DNA of 64,000 bases from a virus (taxonomy: Duplodnaviria; Caudoviricetes). Positions 1 through 9,998 of this stretch are shown here, in pieces; the stretch's first letter is position 1, and the number at the start of each line of letters is the position of its first letter. A program made the position numbers and the translations under genes. The stretch covers positions 32,001-96,000 of the IMG/VR virus record IMGVR_UViG_3300033463_000025. One strand, given 5' to 3'. The notes under the pieces are model-generated. The model was not told where the DNA came from. It saw nothing but the letters and a program-made list of their open reading frames with translations, and did no database searches.

Positions 1-112
1 TACTTACAACGCAGAGCTTGTTTGTTCTTGTTTTGACATTGATAGTCGCTCCAAATTAAACGGCGCAAGCGTCCATTTCACGCTTATTGTTAATTAAAGA
101 AAGGAAAGTTAA

Positions 113-565
113 ATGAAGAAAGTTTTATGTTTGATTTTTGTCGTATTGATGATTGTTAGTGTTGGAACACTTACGGCTTTTGCCGATGACCCAAGTGCGA
201 CCCTTTACTACTATGCCCCATCAACATATACAGTTTATATTCCAACCGATTTTACTGTTGGCTCTCCCCTATCCATTACGGGTGAAAATTTGAATTTAGC
301 CGATGGTACTCATGTGGAAGTGTATGTATATAATATGGATGTTGATTCAGTCATATTAACTCACACGTCCGACAGCACAAAAACTGTCAGAGCAACCTTA
401 TATAATAACTTGGGTGAACAACTTAGAAACGAAAGTGTTGTATGCTCATTTAGCGAAGATGACGAGGGTGAATCTTTCCCAATGTACGCAAATGTTGACT
501 ACTCCGAAGATTATAAGGCTGGCGAATATACAGGAATTGTCAATTTCGGAATCTGTTTAAGATAA
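113..565 (+). CDS. secreted/surface protein with signal peptide (possible moron gene)
   Basis: MKK + hydrophobic stretch + AFA signal-peptidase site; RBS AAGGAAAG; converges on the integrase. Confidence 0.7.
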   Translation: MKKVLCLIFVVLMIVSVGTLTAFADDPSATLYYYAPSTYTVYIPTDFTVGSPLSITGENLNLADGTHVEVYVYNMDVDSVILTHTSDSTKTVRATLYNNLGEQLRNESVVCSFSEDDEGESFPMYANVDYSEDYKAGEYTGIVNFGICLR

Positions 566-583
566 TATAATAGCATAAAAATT

Positions 584-620
584 TTAGGCTGTAAGAAATA
601 ATCTTACAGCCTAATCTTTT
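584..620. terminator. bidirectional intrinsic terminator
   Basis: 13-bp stem ttaggctgtaaga/tcttacagcctaa between convergent genes, A/T runs on both sides. Confidence 0.8.
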
Positions 621-625
621 GCGCT

Positions 626-1780
626 TTAGAATACTTCATCCAAAGTATTTACAGCCAAATATCCTTCTGCCTCGGCAAAGTGGATATAAGTGTCGAGTGT
701 GATTTGTATGCTTGCGTGTCCCATAAGAGCCGATATTGTTTTTATATCAACCTTATTGCGGAAAAGCCTGTTAGCAAAAGTATGTCTAAGAGAATGTGTA
801 GCTCCTTTGTTAATTTTTGTGTTCTTTATTATACGCCTAAATGTACGGTCATACTGCTGTGGCGCAAGAACGCCGCCGTTTTTAGCACATACAATATACT
901 CGCTATTTGGAAATTTGTCACACATACGCTTTAAGGCGGCTTCAGCGGCTTTATTTAAAGGGACTCTCCTATCGCCAGAATATGTTTTTGTTGATGTTAA
1001 TATCGTTTCATATCCTGTGGCGTTACCATCGTCATCGCGTGTTTTAACCGTTTGTGCTGACTTGCTAATATGAAGAATGTGGTTATCCTTATCCCAATCT
1101 GTTTTCTTTAGTGCAATTATTTCACCACGCCTTGCACCAGTGTTGAGCTGAAGGATATAAGCATCACCATATAAATATACGGCTGTTTCAGAATTTAGAT
1201 ATAATCTTTGGCTTTCTTCAATAATAAGCTGTGCTTCTTTGTCAGTGTACCAAACCATTTCTTTCTTTTGAAAACTTGACTCGGATGGTAGCTTAACCCC
1301 AACCATAGGATTACAGGAAATATGCTTTTGTGCAAAAGCGTGTTGCATAACCATATTTACTCCGTCACGAGCCTTCTTTACTCTTGAATAAGAAAAGCCT
1401 TGTTTCTTAATATCGTTCAGCATCTTTTGAATATCGCTTGTTTTTATTTCGGAAATCCGCATCATTCCAATGTAAGGATAAATTTGATTCTTGAACGTTC
1501 CCTCAAGAGTGTCATAGCTCGACGCTTTAATCGTAGGTTGCTTATAAAGAACAAGCCATTGTGAAGCGTAGGTTTCAAACGATGTGATTAATGGGTCAAT
1601 ATGAGCTTCAGCATCAAACTGATTCATCTGTTTTTGAACCGCCATTTTTGTGTCGCCAGTAAAATAAATAATCTCTGGCTTACCATTTGCTTTGTATCTA
1701 CCTGTCCTTACTCTGCCATAATATTTGTCACCTCTCTTATAAATACTGCCTGTTCCTTTTGGTCTTCTTGCCTTTGCCAT
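626..1780 (-). CDS. int: tyrosine integrase
   Basis: N-terminal RRPKGTGSIY arm-binding motif, TGARRGE, HSLRHTFA, MGHASIQITLDTY; start moved to ATG at 1780 with RBS AAAGGAG. Confidence 0.95.
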   Translation of the reverse strand: MAKARRPKGTGSIYKRGDKYYGRVRTGRYKANGKPEIIYFTGDTKMAVQKQMNQFDAEAHIDPLITSFETYASQWLVLYKQPTIKASSYDTLEGTFKNQIYPYIGMMRISEIKTSDIQKMLNDIKKQGFSYSRVKKARDGVNMVMQHAFAQKHISCNPMVGVKLPSESSFQKKEMVWYTDKEAQLIIEESQRLYLNSETAVYLYGDAYILQLNTGARRGEIIALKKTDWDKDNHILHISKSAQTVKTRDDDGNATGYETILTSTKTYSGDRRVPLNKAAEAALKRMCDKFPNSEYIVCAKNGGVLAPQQYDRTFRRIIKNTKINKGATHSLRHTFANRLFRNKVDIKTISALMGHASIQITLDTYIHFAEAEGYLAVNTLDEVF

Positions 1781-1966
1781 ATTAACAACTCCTTTGCAAT
1801 AAATATGTAAAACAAGCATATTTTACGGATAGTGCTACAAAACTCAATCTGTAGCACTATTGTAGCACTATAAGTTGACAACAGATAATACTACTTGATA
1901 AACTTGCCAAAAGTCGGTAATTATATAATTTGATAGAAAATTAGAATATATGTTCTACTATCTATC

Positions 1967-1995
1967 ATTATAACATATTATTTGATTTATTGCAA
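1967..1995 (-). promoter_or_regulatory. sigmaA-type promoter for int
   Basis: TTGCAA-N17-TATAAT with extended TG. Confidence 0.6.
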
Positions 1996-2040
1996 GAAAT
2001 ATTTATATGTCTTAAAAATGGCTTATCCATGCGGTTTATA

Positions 2041-2077
2041 AAAGAAAAAGTACCATAATTCTTCTGAATTATGGTAC
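2041..2077 (-). terminator. intrinsic terminator after tRNA-Cys
   Basis: 12-bp stem gtaccataattc/gaattatggtac followed by a U run on the minus strand. Confidence 0.8.
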
Positions 2078-2083
2078 AAATTT

Positions 2084-2158
2084 TGGAGGCGACGAACGGA
2101 TTTGAACCGATGAATCAGGCTTTTGCAGAGCCGTGCCTTACCACTTGGCTACGTCGCC
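2084..2158 (-). tRNA. tRNA-Cys(GCA), probably the att core
   Basis: GGCGACG/CGTCGCC acceptor stem, U73-CCA, anticodon loop CT-GCA-AA; one mismatch each in the anticodon and T stems. Confidence 0.9.
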
Positions 2159-2303
2159 ATATTAAATTTGTTGTCTGCGATAAGGTTTTGCAGACCATAA
2201 TTCCTCTCTCTATAAATCCCGATGCCGCCTATACTTTCAAGCTATGGTTTCTGTTAATGTAGCACTATTGTAGCACTATTATAATTCTACAAAAGAATAT
2301 ATG

Positions 2304-2510
2304 TTAATATCTATATGTTTTTCGCGTGTTTTGTTCTAACCATTTTTCGAGATTTTTCTTTGAAATGATATATCTGTTGTTTAATTTCATAGAGGGAAAA
2401 CCATCGCTTCTCATAAGCTCATATACCTTTGTTCTTCCCATATGAAATATTTGCACCAAATCATCTACTGTATAAATTATTGTATCATTATTGCCGTTAT
2501 TTGTCAACAT
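2304..2510 (-). CDS. xis: excisionase-like HTH protein
   Basis: 68 aa, YTVDDLVQIFHMGRTKVYELM...FPSMKL (HTH_17-like); next to attP and int. Confidence 0.8.
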   Translation of the reverse strand: MLTNNGNNDTIIYTVDDLVQIFHMGRTKVYELMRSDGFPSMKLNNRYIISKKNLEKWLEQNTRKTYRY

Positions 2511-2591
2511 CCTAATCCCTTCTTATTGTATAGGGCATAGCCATAATAGACTACGCCCTATACTATTTATATATGTATTATTATGGCTTTG

Positions 2592-2996
2592 TTATTTTCG
2601 CCTGTGTTCGCTTCGCCAAACCATAATATCAACTTTGGCTTCAGCTTCCTCTTGCGTATTGAAAACTCGCATTTCCAAACTTTTAGTATTTGATAAAACC
2701 AAATCAGCAGATTTATACTTACCTTCGAGTGGCAACTTACAGAAGTAATAGTACATTTTATTAAACTCGCAGATTTTATATAAACACATTTTAACAACAG
2801 TATTTGAAATATCGTCTTTCGGCATTACTACATAATAAGTCTTACCAACCTCGTAGCCTTTATCACAATACTTTAAAATAATGTTTAATGCTTCTTCCAT
2901 ACCAAGCCGATAATTCTCGTCATAATCATGTTTTAACGACGGAGCTGTTATTGCGTGTTCAATCTCGTTTATGGCGTTTCTTAAATCACTTCGCAC
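2592..2996 (-). CDS. hypothetical protein
   Basis: ORF overlaps the dut stop in the operon. Confidence 0.6.
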   Translation of the reverse strand: MRSDLRNAINEIEHAITAPSLKHDYDENYRLGMEEALNIILKYCDKGYEVGKTYYVVMPKDDISNTVVKMCLYKICEFNKMYYYFCKLPLEGKYKSADLVLSNTKSLEMRVFNTQEEAEAKVDIMVWRSEHRRK

Positions 2997-3447
2997 CTGT
3001 ACTACCTAAACCTCCGCGACTAACCGACTTCAAGTGTTCAACCTCACGAATGTCTAATTCGGGTTGCTTCTGAACAATCCTGAACTGACAAATCCTGTCG
3101 CCTTTTTCAATCTTAGTATCACGCAAAGCGATTGCTGGGAAATGCCATTGGTCGTTTTCGCCACAATAGCTTTCGTCAATAATACCGCAGGAATTAGCAA
3201 GAATTATACCGAAATTCTTGTATGTACTACTTCTCGGAAGAACGTGAGCCTCATACCCAAGCGGTAAAATCATACCAACACCGAGCTTGATAAACTTAAA
3301 CTCACCTTTCTTTAACTCAACCGTTTCGGCGGCGTACAGGTCAATCCAGTCGCCTTGTTCAATCTTTTTAACCTTCGGAACGTCCTCATAAAAATATTTA
3401 ATTTGTACTACGTTCATATTTTGTCTTTCCTCCAAAATACAATTCAC
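2986..3447 (-). CDS. dut: dUTPase
   Basis: [32 protein letters not shown] motifs. Confidence 0.95.
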   Translation of the reverse strand: MNCILEERQNMNVVQIKYFYEDVPKVKKIEQGDWIDLYAAETVELKKGEFKFIKLGVGMILPLGYEAHVLPRSSTYKNFGIILANSCGIIDESYCGENDQWHFPAIALRDTKIEKGDRICQFRIVQKQPELDIREVEHLKSVSRGGLGSTGAK

Positions 3448-3722
3448 CTAATCCTTTTATTCATTTGTTCAACCTCATCATTCCAACGCTTTATAGCATA
3501 CTCTACAGAACGTGGGAATGATGCTTTTCCTTCTTCGACAATATGATGTCGTTTTCTCAAAAATGGTTTACATTGAATCATTGTAAAACCGCCACGACAA
3601 CATATATTATCATCATCAAAATACATCTTGGGCATACGCCCACATACAGGGCAAGGTTTAACGCTATTTAATAGCTCTTTATTATTACGCCTATAAAACA
3701 ACGTACATATCAGTGAATACAT
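3444..3722 (-). CDS. zinc-finger protein (Lar-like)
   Basis: KPCPVCG...C...AIKRWN pattern. Confidence 0.5.
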   Translation of the reverse strand: MYSLICTLFYRRNNKELLNSVKPCPVCGRMPKMYFDDDNICCRGGFTMIQCKPFLRKRHHIVEEGKASFPRSVEYAIKRWNDEVEQMNKRIR

Positions 3723-3934
3723 TAATTTCCCTCATCATTATTATCTACCGACACATATAAGCCACAATGACATTCGCCAATATAGCCATCGGCAACCTTA
3801 TCTTTGAAGTCCTTACACATACATTTTGTATCTTCATTCTTAATTACTCTACACGGGCAAAAACCATCGTTGTCAGCTAATTTATCTCTTATCTCTTTTA
3901 CATAATCCTTGTCTGAATTTAATACAATTTTCAT
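3722..3934 (-). CDS. ferredoxin:thioredoxin reductase catalytic-subunit-like protein
   Basis: CPC...CMC...CHCGLY cysteine pattern. Confidence 0.85.
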   Translation of the reverse strand: MKIVLNSDKDYVKEIRDKLADNDGFCPCRVIKNEDTKCMCKDFKDKVADGYIGECHCGLYVSVDNNDEGN

Positions 3935-4443
3935 ATCATTATATATCCTCCCATATTGATGTATTTCGCATATTGATTATCGCTGGCTAATTTAACGCCG
4001 AGAGTATAATCAAAACGTGAATCACAATTTGGAATAAACCGCCCAAATTTAATAATGATGTTATTTGTCATTTGCAAAATATTGAACGCTTTTTGATAAT
4101 TTTCTTTTATCTCGTCTTCTGTATAACCTGTATATATAATGATATAATCATTATTATTGTGGTTATATCGTAGCTTTGAAATGAAATCAATTACATTTTC
4201 AATATCGTCAAAAGGTTCTAATCCACCGAATACAACAGCTTTTGTAATCGGATTGTTTATATACCTTTTGACTAAGCTATCAATACTTATCTCAATATCG
4301 GGAGTGTTGGCAAGTGTGCTGTTCTGGCACACTTGCTCACCACTTTCCTTATCGCACTTAAAAGAACACGAATGACACAGCACCAACATATTCGGCTGTT
4401 TGTAATTTACGAAATCCTCATCAATTATGCCTTTTACTTTCAT
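3931..4443 (-). CDS. nrdG: anaerobic RNR activating enzyme
   Basis: CSFKC...CQN, GGLEP, IYTGY, KFGRF, SDNQ; adjacent to nrdD. Confidence 0.9.
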   Translation of the reverse strand: MKVKGIIDEDFVNYKQPNMLVLCHSCSFKCDKESGEQVCQNSTLANTPDIEISIDSLVKRYINNPITKAVVFGGLEPFDDIENVIDFISKLRYNHNNNDYIIIYTGYTEDEIKENYQKAFNILQMTNNIIIKFGRFIPNCDSRFDYTLGVKLASDNQYAKYINMGGYIMI

Positions 4444-6416
4444 TTCATAATACCGTCATCAGATAAGACATTCATCCATCTGCGTTTATCAAACTCGTTT
4501 TTGCGAATCTTCTGATAACTGCTTGTGGGGGTATAAAAGCCTACAACTCTTGCATAAGTATCAGCGATAGGCTCTCCACAAATCGGGCATTTCTTTTCGC
4601 TAATAAATGCGTGTCTATGTTTACACACACTAATCTTTGTTGTAAATGCAAAGTAGATAACGCCTTGAGATGCAACATAATTGAGCATATCCCACGCTGT
4701 TTCTTCGTTGGGGAATCTGTTTTCTATGTTAATATGTGCGATACAACCGCCGCCGCATTTTTTATCAAACAAAGAACCGAGCCTACATTTTTCTTGAATG
4801 GTACACTTCTCCATAAGGGGCAACCATTGATTTGAATAAATGAAGTATTTATTCTGTTCAAATAACAGATTGTCAGCTTGACAGATAACACCTGCACAAT
4901 TTTCGGCTGGTATCATCTCAAGGTTAAATGAGAAATCACACTCGAAATTATCTTTAACTTCGTTTATCACATCGAGGATTTGTGTTGTAAATTCAACCGC
5001 CTCATCTGAATAACTCTTACATCCAAGCTCATCGGTATTAATTAAGCCGAACAAATCCATAACCTCATATATACCGATACCGCCTATAGTGCAAAACTGC
5101 TTATCTAATTCAACAGCACCGTCACAGTAGTTAGGCAATAATCCCTTTTCAATATTGCGCTCAATGATGTGACGCATTGATGTTAATGCCTTACAGTTTA
5201 ACAGGACTCTGCTTTTTAATATCTTCAGGTACTTAGATTTATTAAAATCGCTTTCATAAGCGATACGAACAAGGTTAATTGTACTTACTCGGCATGAGCC
5301 AACGGAAAGGGCTGTACCGCCGATTGAGTTAATAAAGGCATCGAGTTTTGTAGTCTCACTGAGCAAGCGACAGCAATTCGATAAAACACCAACATTATCA
5401 CTAACAAAGAAGTTGCTGTCAGACCACTTAATGTTATGATTAGAACACCAACGAGCAAATTCTTCATCTTGGAACTTACCATCTTTATAAAGCAGAGAAT
5501 AAGTAAGTACAGGATAAGTGAACATATTTTGTTCACGGATTTCACTAACCACTTCCATAAATATCTTTTGACACTTAATAATATCTTCAACGTGGTCTAT
5601 AAGTAATGTGCCATCTGGGAACTCCATACCACCAAATAACGATTCGATATACGGTCTATCAAACAGAGAAACGTTTGTGAACGCACTTTGGTCTATGCGG
5701 AGAAATGGTTGATTAAGACGGTAAATCAGCTTTTGATATTGCTGTCTTAAATAATAATCAGGATTTTTCATATAATAACCATTATCGCAGTCTATCTTCC
5801 AAAAATACCATGCCCAAATCAGTACATTAGGCATCCCGACGGCTCCGCTCTGGCGGTTAGATAAGAAACTAACGAACTCAATCACATCATCAAAATAAGT
5901 CGTTAAGTGTTTCGGCGGTTTATTATTATATGTTACACCATCAATCTCAAGCCTATTGCCATCATGGTCAGTAATAACACTACCATTTAAAAAGAATAAG
6001 CCTTCTGTCGCAAGTCTTGTAAAATCGTTAGCCCAACAATAAGGAAAATAACTTGCCGTCGTACTATCGTTTAAATAAAATCCACGGCTGAACTCTTGTT
6101 CTAACCACTGTTTTGCTGTGCGTAAACCCCAACGCTTTTTAATCTCAAGGAATATCTTGTTAAGACCAAACAGCTTATCCTCACTCTTAGCTTTCTCTGT
6201 CATAAAGCTACGAATATCTTTGTGGTTTGCGTTAGCATTAGGGTCGATTGAAGAATCAGCAAGAGTATAATTATCAACAAAGTTGTTAATAAACTCTGAG
6301 AAATCAAGTTGGCTTGGATGAACACCATTAATGTATTCAAAATCCTCACCGTACTTTTGCTTTAATTCTTCAAGGAAACGCTCGAAATCTTTAGATAACT
6401 TTAATTGTATTTCCAT
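4440..6416 (-). CDS. nrdD: class III ribonucleotide reductase
   Basis: C-terminal CxxH/CPICG and RVVGFY glycyl-radical loop; PAEN; CCRL; no ATP cone. Confidence 0.95.
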   Translation of the reverse strand: MEIQLKLSKDFERFLEELKQKYGEDFEYINGVHPSQLDFSEFINNFVDNYTLADSSIDPNANANHKDIRSFMTEKAKSEDKLFGLNKIFLEIKKRWGLRTAKQWLEQEFSRGFYLNDSTTASYFPYCWANDFTRLATEGLFFLNGSVITDHDGNRLEIDGVTYNNKPPKHLTTYFDDVIEFVSFLSNRQSGAVGMPNVLIWAWYFWKIDCDNGYYMKNPDYYLRQQYQKLIYRLNQPFLRIDQSAFTNVSLFDRPYIESLFGGMEFPDGTLLIDHVEDIIKCQKIFMEVVSEIREQNMFTYPVLTYSLLYKDGKFQDEEFARWCSNHNIKWSDSNFFVSDNVGVLSNCCRLLSETTKLDAFINSIGGTALSVGSCRVSTINLVRIAYESDFNKSKYLKILKSRVLLNCKALTSMRHIIERNIEKGLLPNYCDGAVELDKQFCTIGGIGIYEVMDLFGLINTDELGCKSYSDEAVEFTTQILDVINEVKDNFECDFSFNLEMIPAENCAGVICQADNLLFEQNKYFIYSNQWLPLMEKCTIQEKCRLGSLFDKKCGGGCIAHINIENRFPNEETAWDMLNYVASQGVIYFAFTTKISVCKHRHAFISEKKCPICGEPIADTYARVVGFYTPTSSYQKIRKNEFDKRRWMNVLSDDGIMK

Positions 6417-6430
6417 TATATGCCTCCAAA

Positions 6431-6631
6431 TTATTGTTCATTGACCCACTGATTTGCTTTACCAAAATCAAGAAGTTCCCCATCGACAGATAACACGGGG
6501 ACTTGCTCAATCCCAAGTGAAAGCATTTCATCTATACTATTGTTCTCGACATATGTAATCTGCTTGTCCGCTAATTTCTTTTTAATAATATTACATTTAG
6601 GACAACCAGTAGAAAAAAGAATAATGTTCAC
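6431..6631 (-). CDS. NrdH/glutaredoxin-like protein
   Basis: CPKC and QVPVL in 66 aa. Confidence 0.85.
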   Translation of the reverse strand: MNIILFSTGCPKCNIIKKKLADKQITYVENNSIDEMLSLGIEQVPVLSVDGELLDFGKANQWVNEQ

Positions 6632-6647
6632 ATAAACACCCCTTGTA

Positions 6648-6980
6648 CTATGGTTTAGTTATATATAATCCAAGCACTTCTGCTTGTTCCAGCGTAGTTA
6701 GTTCATCAAAAATATCATTCAAATAATCGCTATCTAATATTATTTCAGATAATAACTTAATTTTTTCTTTATCCGATTCTTTATTCCATTGTGTATTTAT
6801 TTTATCTTTAAGACATTCTTCGCAAATATCTTCGTCGCCACAAGTATATTCTGCACCTTCCCCACCGCAAGTATCACAATAACGAACAGGCACATTGACA
6901 TATTTACACGGCTTACCAAGACAGCCCATTTCATGAGGACAGCCGACACAAAAGTTTTCTTTCTTAATCATTGTATTCAA
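6648..6980 (-). CDS. Cys-rich hypothetical protein
   Basis: several CxxC pairs. Confidence 0.55.
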   Translation of the reverse strand: MNTMIKKENFCVGCPHEMGCLGKPCKYVNVPVRYCDTCGGEGAEYTCGDEDICEECLKDKINTQWNKESDKEKIKLLSEIILDSDYLNDIFDELTTLEQAEVLGLYITKP

Positions 6981-7491
6981 CTCGCTTATATGTTATAAAT
7001 TCCCACGGAATATCCCCACATAATCTTGGCGTTACCCTGTCGGTAATTTCCCATTGTGGGTTTTCATCAATGTTCGGGAAAAACGTATCAGCTTCTTTAA
7101 ATGTTTTTTTTATTCTTGTAAGCAACACATAGTCGCAATAATTTAAAAGTTGCTTATATATGCTTTCTCCACCTATAATAAAAATGTTAATAATAGGAAA
7201 GTCATATGGGTGTTTGTGATGATAAAGATAACCTATTACATTATCCATGTTCATGTAAATGACCCCATTTTCATCTTTTATTGGAGATGAACAATCGTGT
7301 GTGATAACTATATTGATACGCTCAGGTAAAGGAATTGAACCAATGGATTTAAAAGTGTTTTTACCCATAACAACAATGTTATTTTTTGTCAATGCTCTAA
7401 ACCTTTTTAAATCTCCTTGTATAGAACATAATAATTTATTGTTGTACCCTATACCCCATGACTCATCGGCGGCAACGATAGCATAAATCAT
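6964..7491 (-). CDS. folA: dihydrofolate reductase
   Basis: GIG, VMGKNTF, PLPERINIV, IIGGESIY, ADTFFP. Confidence 0.95.
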   Translation of the reverse strand: MIYAIVAADESWGIGYNNKLLCSIQGDLKRFRALTKNNIVVMGKNTFKSIGSIPLPERINIVITHDCSSPIKDENGVIYMNMDNVIGYLYHHKHPYDFPIINIFIIGGESIYKQLLNYCDYVLLTRIKKTFKEADTFFPNIDENPQWEITDRVTPRLCGDIPWEFITYKRVEYND

Positions 7492-8324
7492 ATTCCAAGC
7501 TCCAATCTTATTTGAGGTTTAATTGGATTATAGTTTACCATTTCAAAATCATAAATGGTCATATCATAGAAGTTCCGCTTTCCTGAATTTAACACTAATC
7601 GCGGCTTTGACTTTTCATTCTGCCCATAATATCTGTAAATCAGAGTTTTTGCCGCGTTAATATGTCTATCATAGATTTGCTCATTTGCTACAAAGTGAGT
7701 AAAAACTCCTGCTTTATAGCCTGTATGCTGTGCAATCATCATCAGTAAAGCCGCATATTGAACCTCGTTCACCATACCACCGCCTGAAGCCGTCAACATA
7801 TCACCAGAACGTTGAATCATACACATATCAAGAAATTCATCACGAACATTCCAAATAGTACAAAAAGCACAAGGGGCAAGTCCAGCAGTTTCACGCAAAT
7901 CAGTTTCTTGCCATAGATTTACAATTTTGCGACGACCATATGGGTCTTTTTCTATGTCATTAATTAACTGATTAATTAAATCATAACGTTTAACTGTTCC
8001 ACCATATCTTTGCCCGATTGTTCCATCTCCAATATCCCAATCCTTCCACCAACCAACTCCCATTTCCTCCATTTCGGAAATCTTATTAGTAGGTTTTTGA
8101 TAAATGGTAAAAATCTCTTTAATACCAGTTTTCCAAGCAACAGGTCTAAGGGTACAGATAGGGAAATCACCCTTGCTTAAATCATATTTTCTTACAACAT
8201 GATTGATTGAATATGTATATGCAGGTGTGCCATCGGCATATTTCGGGCGTGGATTATCGTCTTTATATCCATTTTTCAATATATCTTGTATCGTGTTTAC
8301 TAAGTAATCATCTGCTCTTGTCAT
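7488..8324 (-). CDS. thyA: thymidylate synthase
   Basis: PYGRR, LAPC, QRSGD, NEVQYA, IYDRH. Confidence 0.95.
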   Translation of the reverse strand: MTRADDYLVNTIQDILKNGYKDDNPRPKYADGTPAYTYSINHVVRKYDLSKGDFPICTLRPVAWKTGIKEIFTIYQKPTNKISEMEEMGVGWWKDWDIGDGTIGQRYGGTVKRYDLINQLINDIEKDPYGRRKIVNLWQETDLRETAGLAPCAFCTIWNVRDEFLDMCMIQRSGDMLTASGGGMVNEVQYAALLMMIAQHTGYKAGVFTHFVANEQIYDRHINAAKTLIYRYYGQNEKSKPRLVLNSGKRNFYDMTIYDFEMVNYNPIKPQIRLELGI

Positions 8325-8341
8325 TTTTTTTTACCAGCTCC

Positions 8342-8629
8342 TTATTCACAACCAATATACGCTGGCGGATTATTATTCCTAAACCAACCGATTGATTGTT
8401 CACCTGTCTCGGTATTAGTCAAAATTTCAACTGTACAATCTTCATGTCGTTCAACAACATCAAAACAGTTTGTTCTAACTGTCGTGCTGTTATAAATATA
8501 AGGGCAAATAACATCATCACCGAAATATTCACTATACCATTTTCGACCCTCTTGAATATCCTTGTACATATAGCAAACATCTTTGTGACTACAGTGTTGA
8601 CATATTCTCTCGTTCATTAATTGTTCCAT
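8342..8629 (-). CDS. hypothetical protein
   Basis: CxxCxHxxVC motif; RBS AGAAAGG. Confidence 0.55.
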   Translation of the reverse strand: MEQLMNERICQHCSHKDVCYMYKDIQEGRKWYSEYFGDDVICPYIYNSTTVRTNCFDVVERHEDCTVEILTNTETGEQSIGWFRNNNPPAYIGCE

Positions 8630-8697
8630 TATAACTTATCCTTTCTTGTGCATTATTACCTGTATGCCACAATAAATAATGCTTTTATAATCATCTT

Positions 8698-8925
8698 GCG
8701 GTGTAATACATATCAACATAAAAAGGAGTAAAAAATGGATTTAGATAGCATACCTGTATATTACACAGATTTACCGCAAGATGAGTTGAAGCTACTGCTT
8801 TATTATAATCAAATACAACTAAGCAATTCTAAAACAGAAGAGCTAAAGCATTATTATCTGCAAAAGATAAAATACATATCTTCGCTAATAGAAGAATAAC
8901 AAACTAAACAAATGTATTACACCGC
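8698..8925. repeat. 14-bp perfect inverted repeat enclosing the small gene
   Basis: GCGGTGTAATACAT (8698-8711) / ATGTATTACACCGC (8912-8925). Confidence 0.85.
8735..8899 (+). CDS. 54-aa counter-oriented small protein (absent from the ORF track)
   Basis: AAGGAG RBS, MDLDSIPVYYTDLPQDELKLL...SSLIEE*, TATAAT at 8686; fills an intergenic gap. Confidence 0.65.
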   Translation: MDLDSIPVYYTDLPQDELKLLLYYNQIQLSNSKTEELKHYYLQKIKYISSLIEE

Positions 8926-9405
8926 TTATATTTCAGAAATAATCGTTACATTTCCAAAATGTTTTTTATCTTCTAAATCAATAGGAACATAATCAGTCTG
9001 GTTGTGTTGTTCAAAACACTTTTCATATGTATTCCAGTCTATTAACATTGGATATAATATAGTTTCAATATCATATATGGAAATAGAACCATCAATTAAT
9101 ATATGATTATTTCTTAATCCTCTTTGTCCATCATAAAATGGGATAACAAAAAATCTACTACCGTTTTTGAAAAGCACTTCATAATACAACTCAGAACGTT
9201 TATTTGCTCGTTGTATTGAACTTTGATAACTAACTAAAAGTTTATATACTATGTTCCTTATTGTCTTTATCTTATTGCCATTCATATCGTGTAAATAATA
9301 TAAAGCTGAATGATAGAATGAATAGTGTGTACACATTTTTAATTCTTTATCAATAGAAGATAATAAAAATTGATATTGCGATGTATTCATATTACTACTC
9401 ACCAT
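8926..9405 (-). CDS. terminase-ATPase-fragment-like protein
   Basis: FKNGSR...RGLRNNHILID; no Walker A. Confidence 0.45.
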   Translation of the reverse strand: MVSSNMNTSQYQFLLSSIDKELKMCTHYSFYHSALYYLHDMNGNKIKTIRNIVYKLLVSYQSSIQRANKRSELYYEVLFKNGSRFFVIPFYDGQRGLRNNHILIDGSISIYDIETILYPMLIDWNTYEKCFEQHNQTDYVPIDLEDKKHFGNVTIISEI

Positions 9406-9781
9406 TCTTCTCTTTGGGTTTTAATATAGCCCAAACATAAATACTTTCGTTGTTCATTACAAAATCTTCACTTGCAACAACAGTATAATCAGCATTTTGA
9501 AATTCAACTGTAGTATTTTCACTAAGCAACGGACAATCAACATCACCAATATAGAGCAAATAACCCTGATTATAATTATTGTCTGTAAAAACATCTACAG
9601 GAGATTCGTCGGTTACATAATTAACATGGCGACGAAATGTCACATACTTACGACGTAGCGGTTGAATAAATGCTTTAGTCGATATACAGTAATTATCCCC
9701 ACATACAACAACGCTATTGCCGTACTTTTGTAAAGCGTTATTAATATACTTAGTTTTCATCATTCTTTTTCCACATATCAA
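9395..9781 (-). CDS. hypothetical protein
   Basis: ORF in operon. Confidence 0.55.
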   Translation of the reverse strand: MICGKRMMKTKYINNALQKYGNSVVVCGDNYCISTKAFIQPLRRKYVTFRRHVNYVTDESPVDVFTDNNYNQGYLLYIGDVDCPLLSENTTVEFQNADYTVVASEDFVMNNESIYVWAILKPKEKNGE

Positions 9782-9965
9782 ACTTAGCTATATTACACAA
9801 GGATTCAACCTGTTTGCAGACTTTTACAAGCGTTTGGTTGATATTAAAATTCTTTTCACGAGCGTAATCAGCAATCGTTGTAATAACACTCATAAGCAAC
9901 GTCGCATCATACTCGTATTCTGCGCTATTATTGGTATTCTCAACATCTGGCATATTGTTATTCAC
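9750..9965 (-). CDS. hypothetical protein
   Basis: ORF in operon. Confidence 0.5.
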   Translation of the reverse strand: MNNNMPDVENTNNSAEYEYDATLLMSVITTIADYAREKNFNINQTLVKVCKQVESLCNIAKFDMWKKNDEN

Positions 9966-9998
9966 CCTTTCATTTACGCAAATGAAATAGTCATTTCA

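Larger units (their letters stand above)
1829..2279. mobile_element. putative attP with five 11-bp arm-type repeats TGTAGCACTAT around a tRNA-Cys core
   Basis: direct copies at 1850, 1861, 2258, 2269 and an inverted copy at 1829-1839, on both sides of the tRNA, between int and xis. Confidence 0.8.

Noticed and set aside
2084-2158. tRNA-Cys as a prophage/host boundary
   Set aside because: Phage genes and arm repeats lie on both sides, which fits attP rather than attL/attR.
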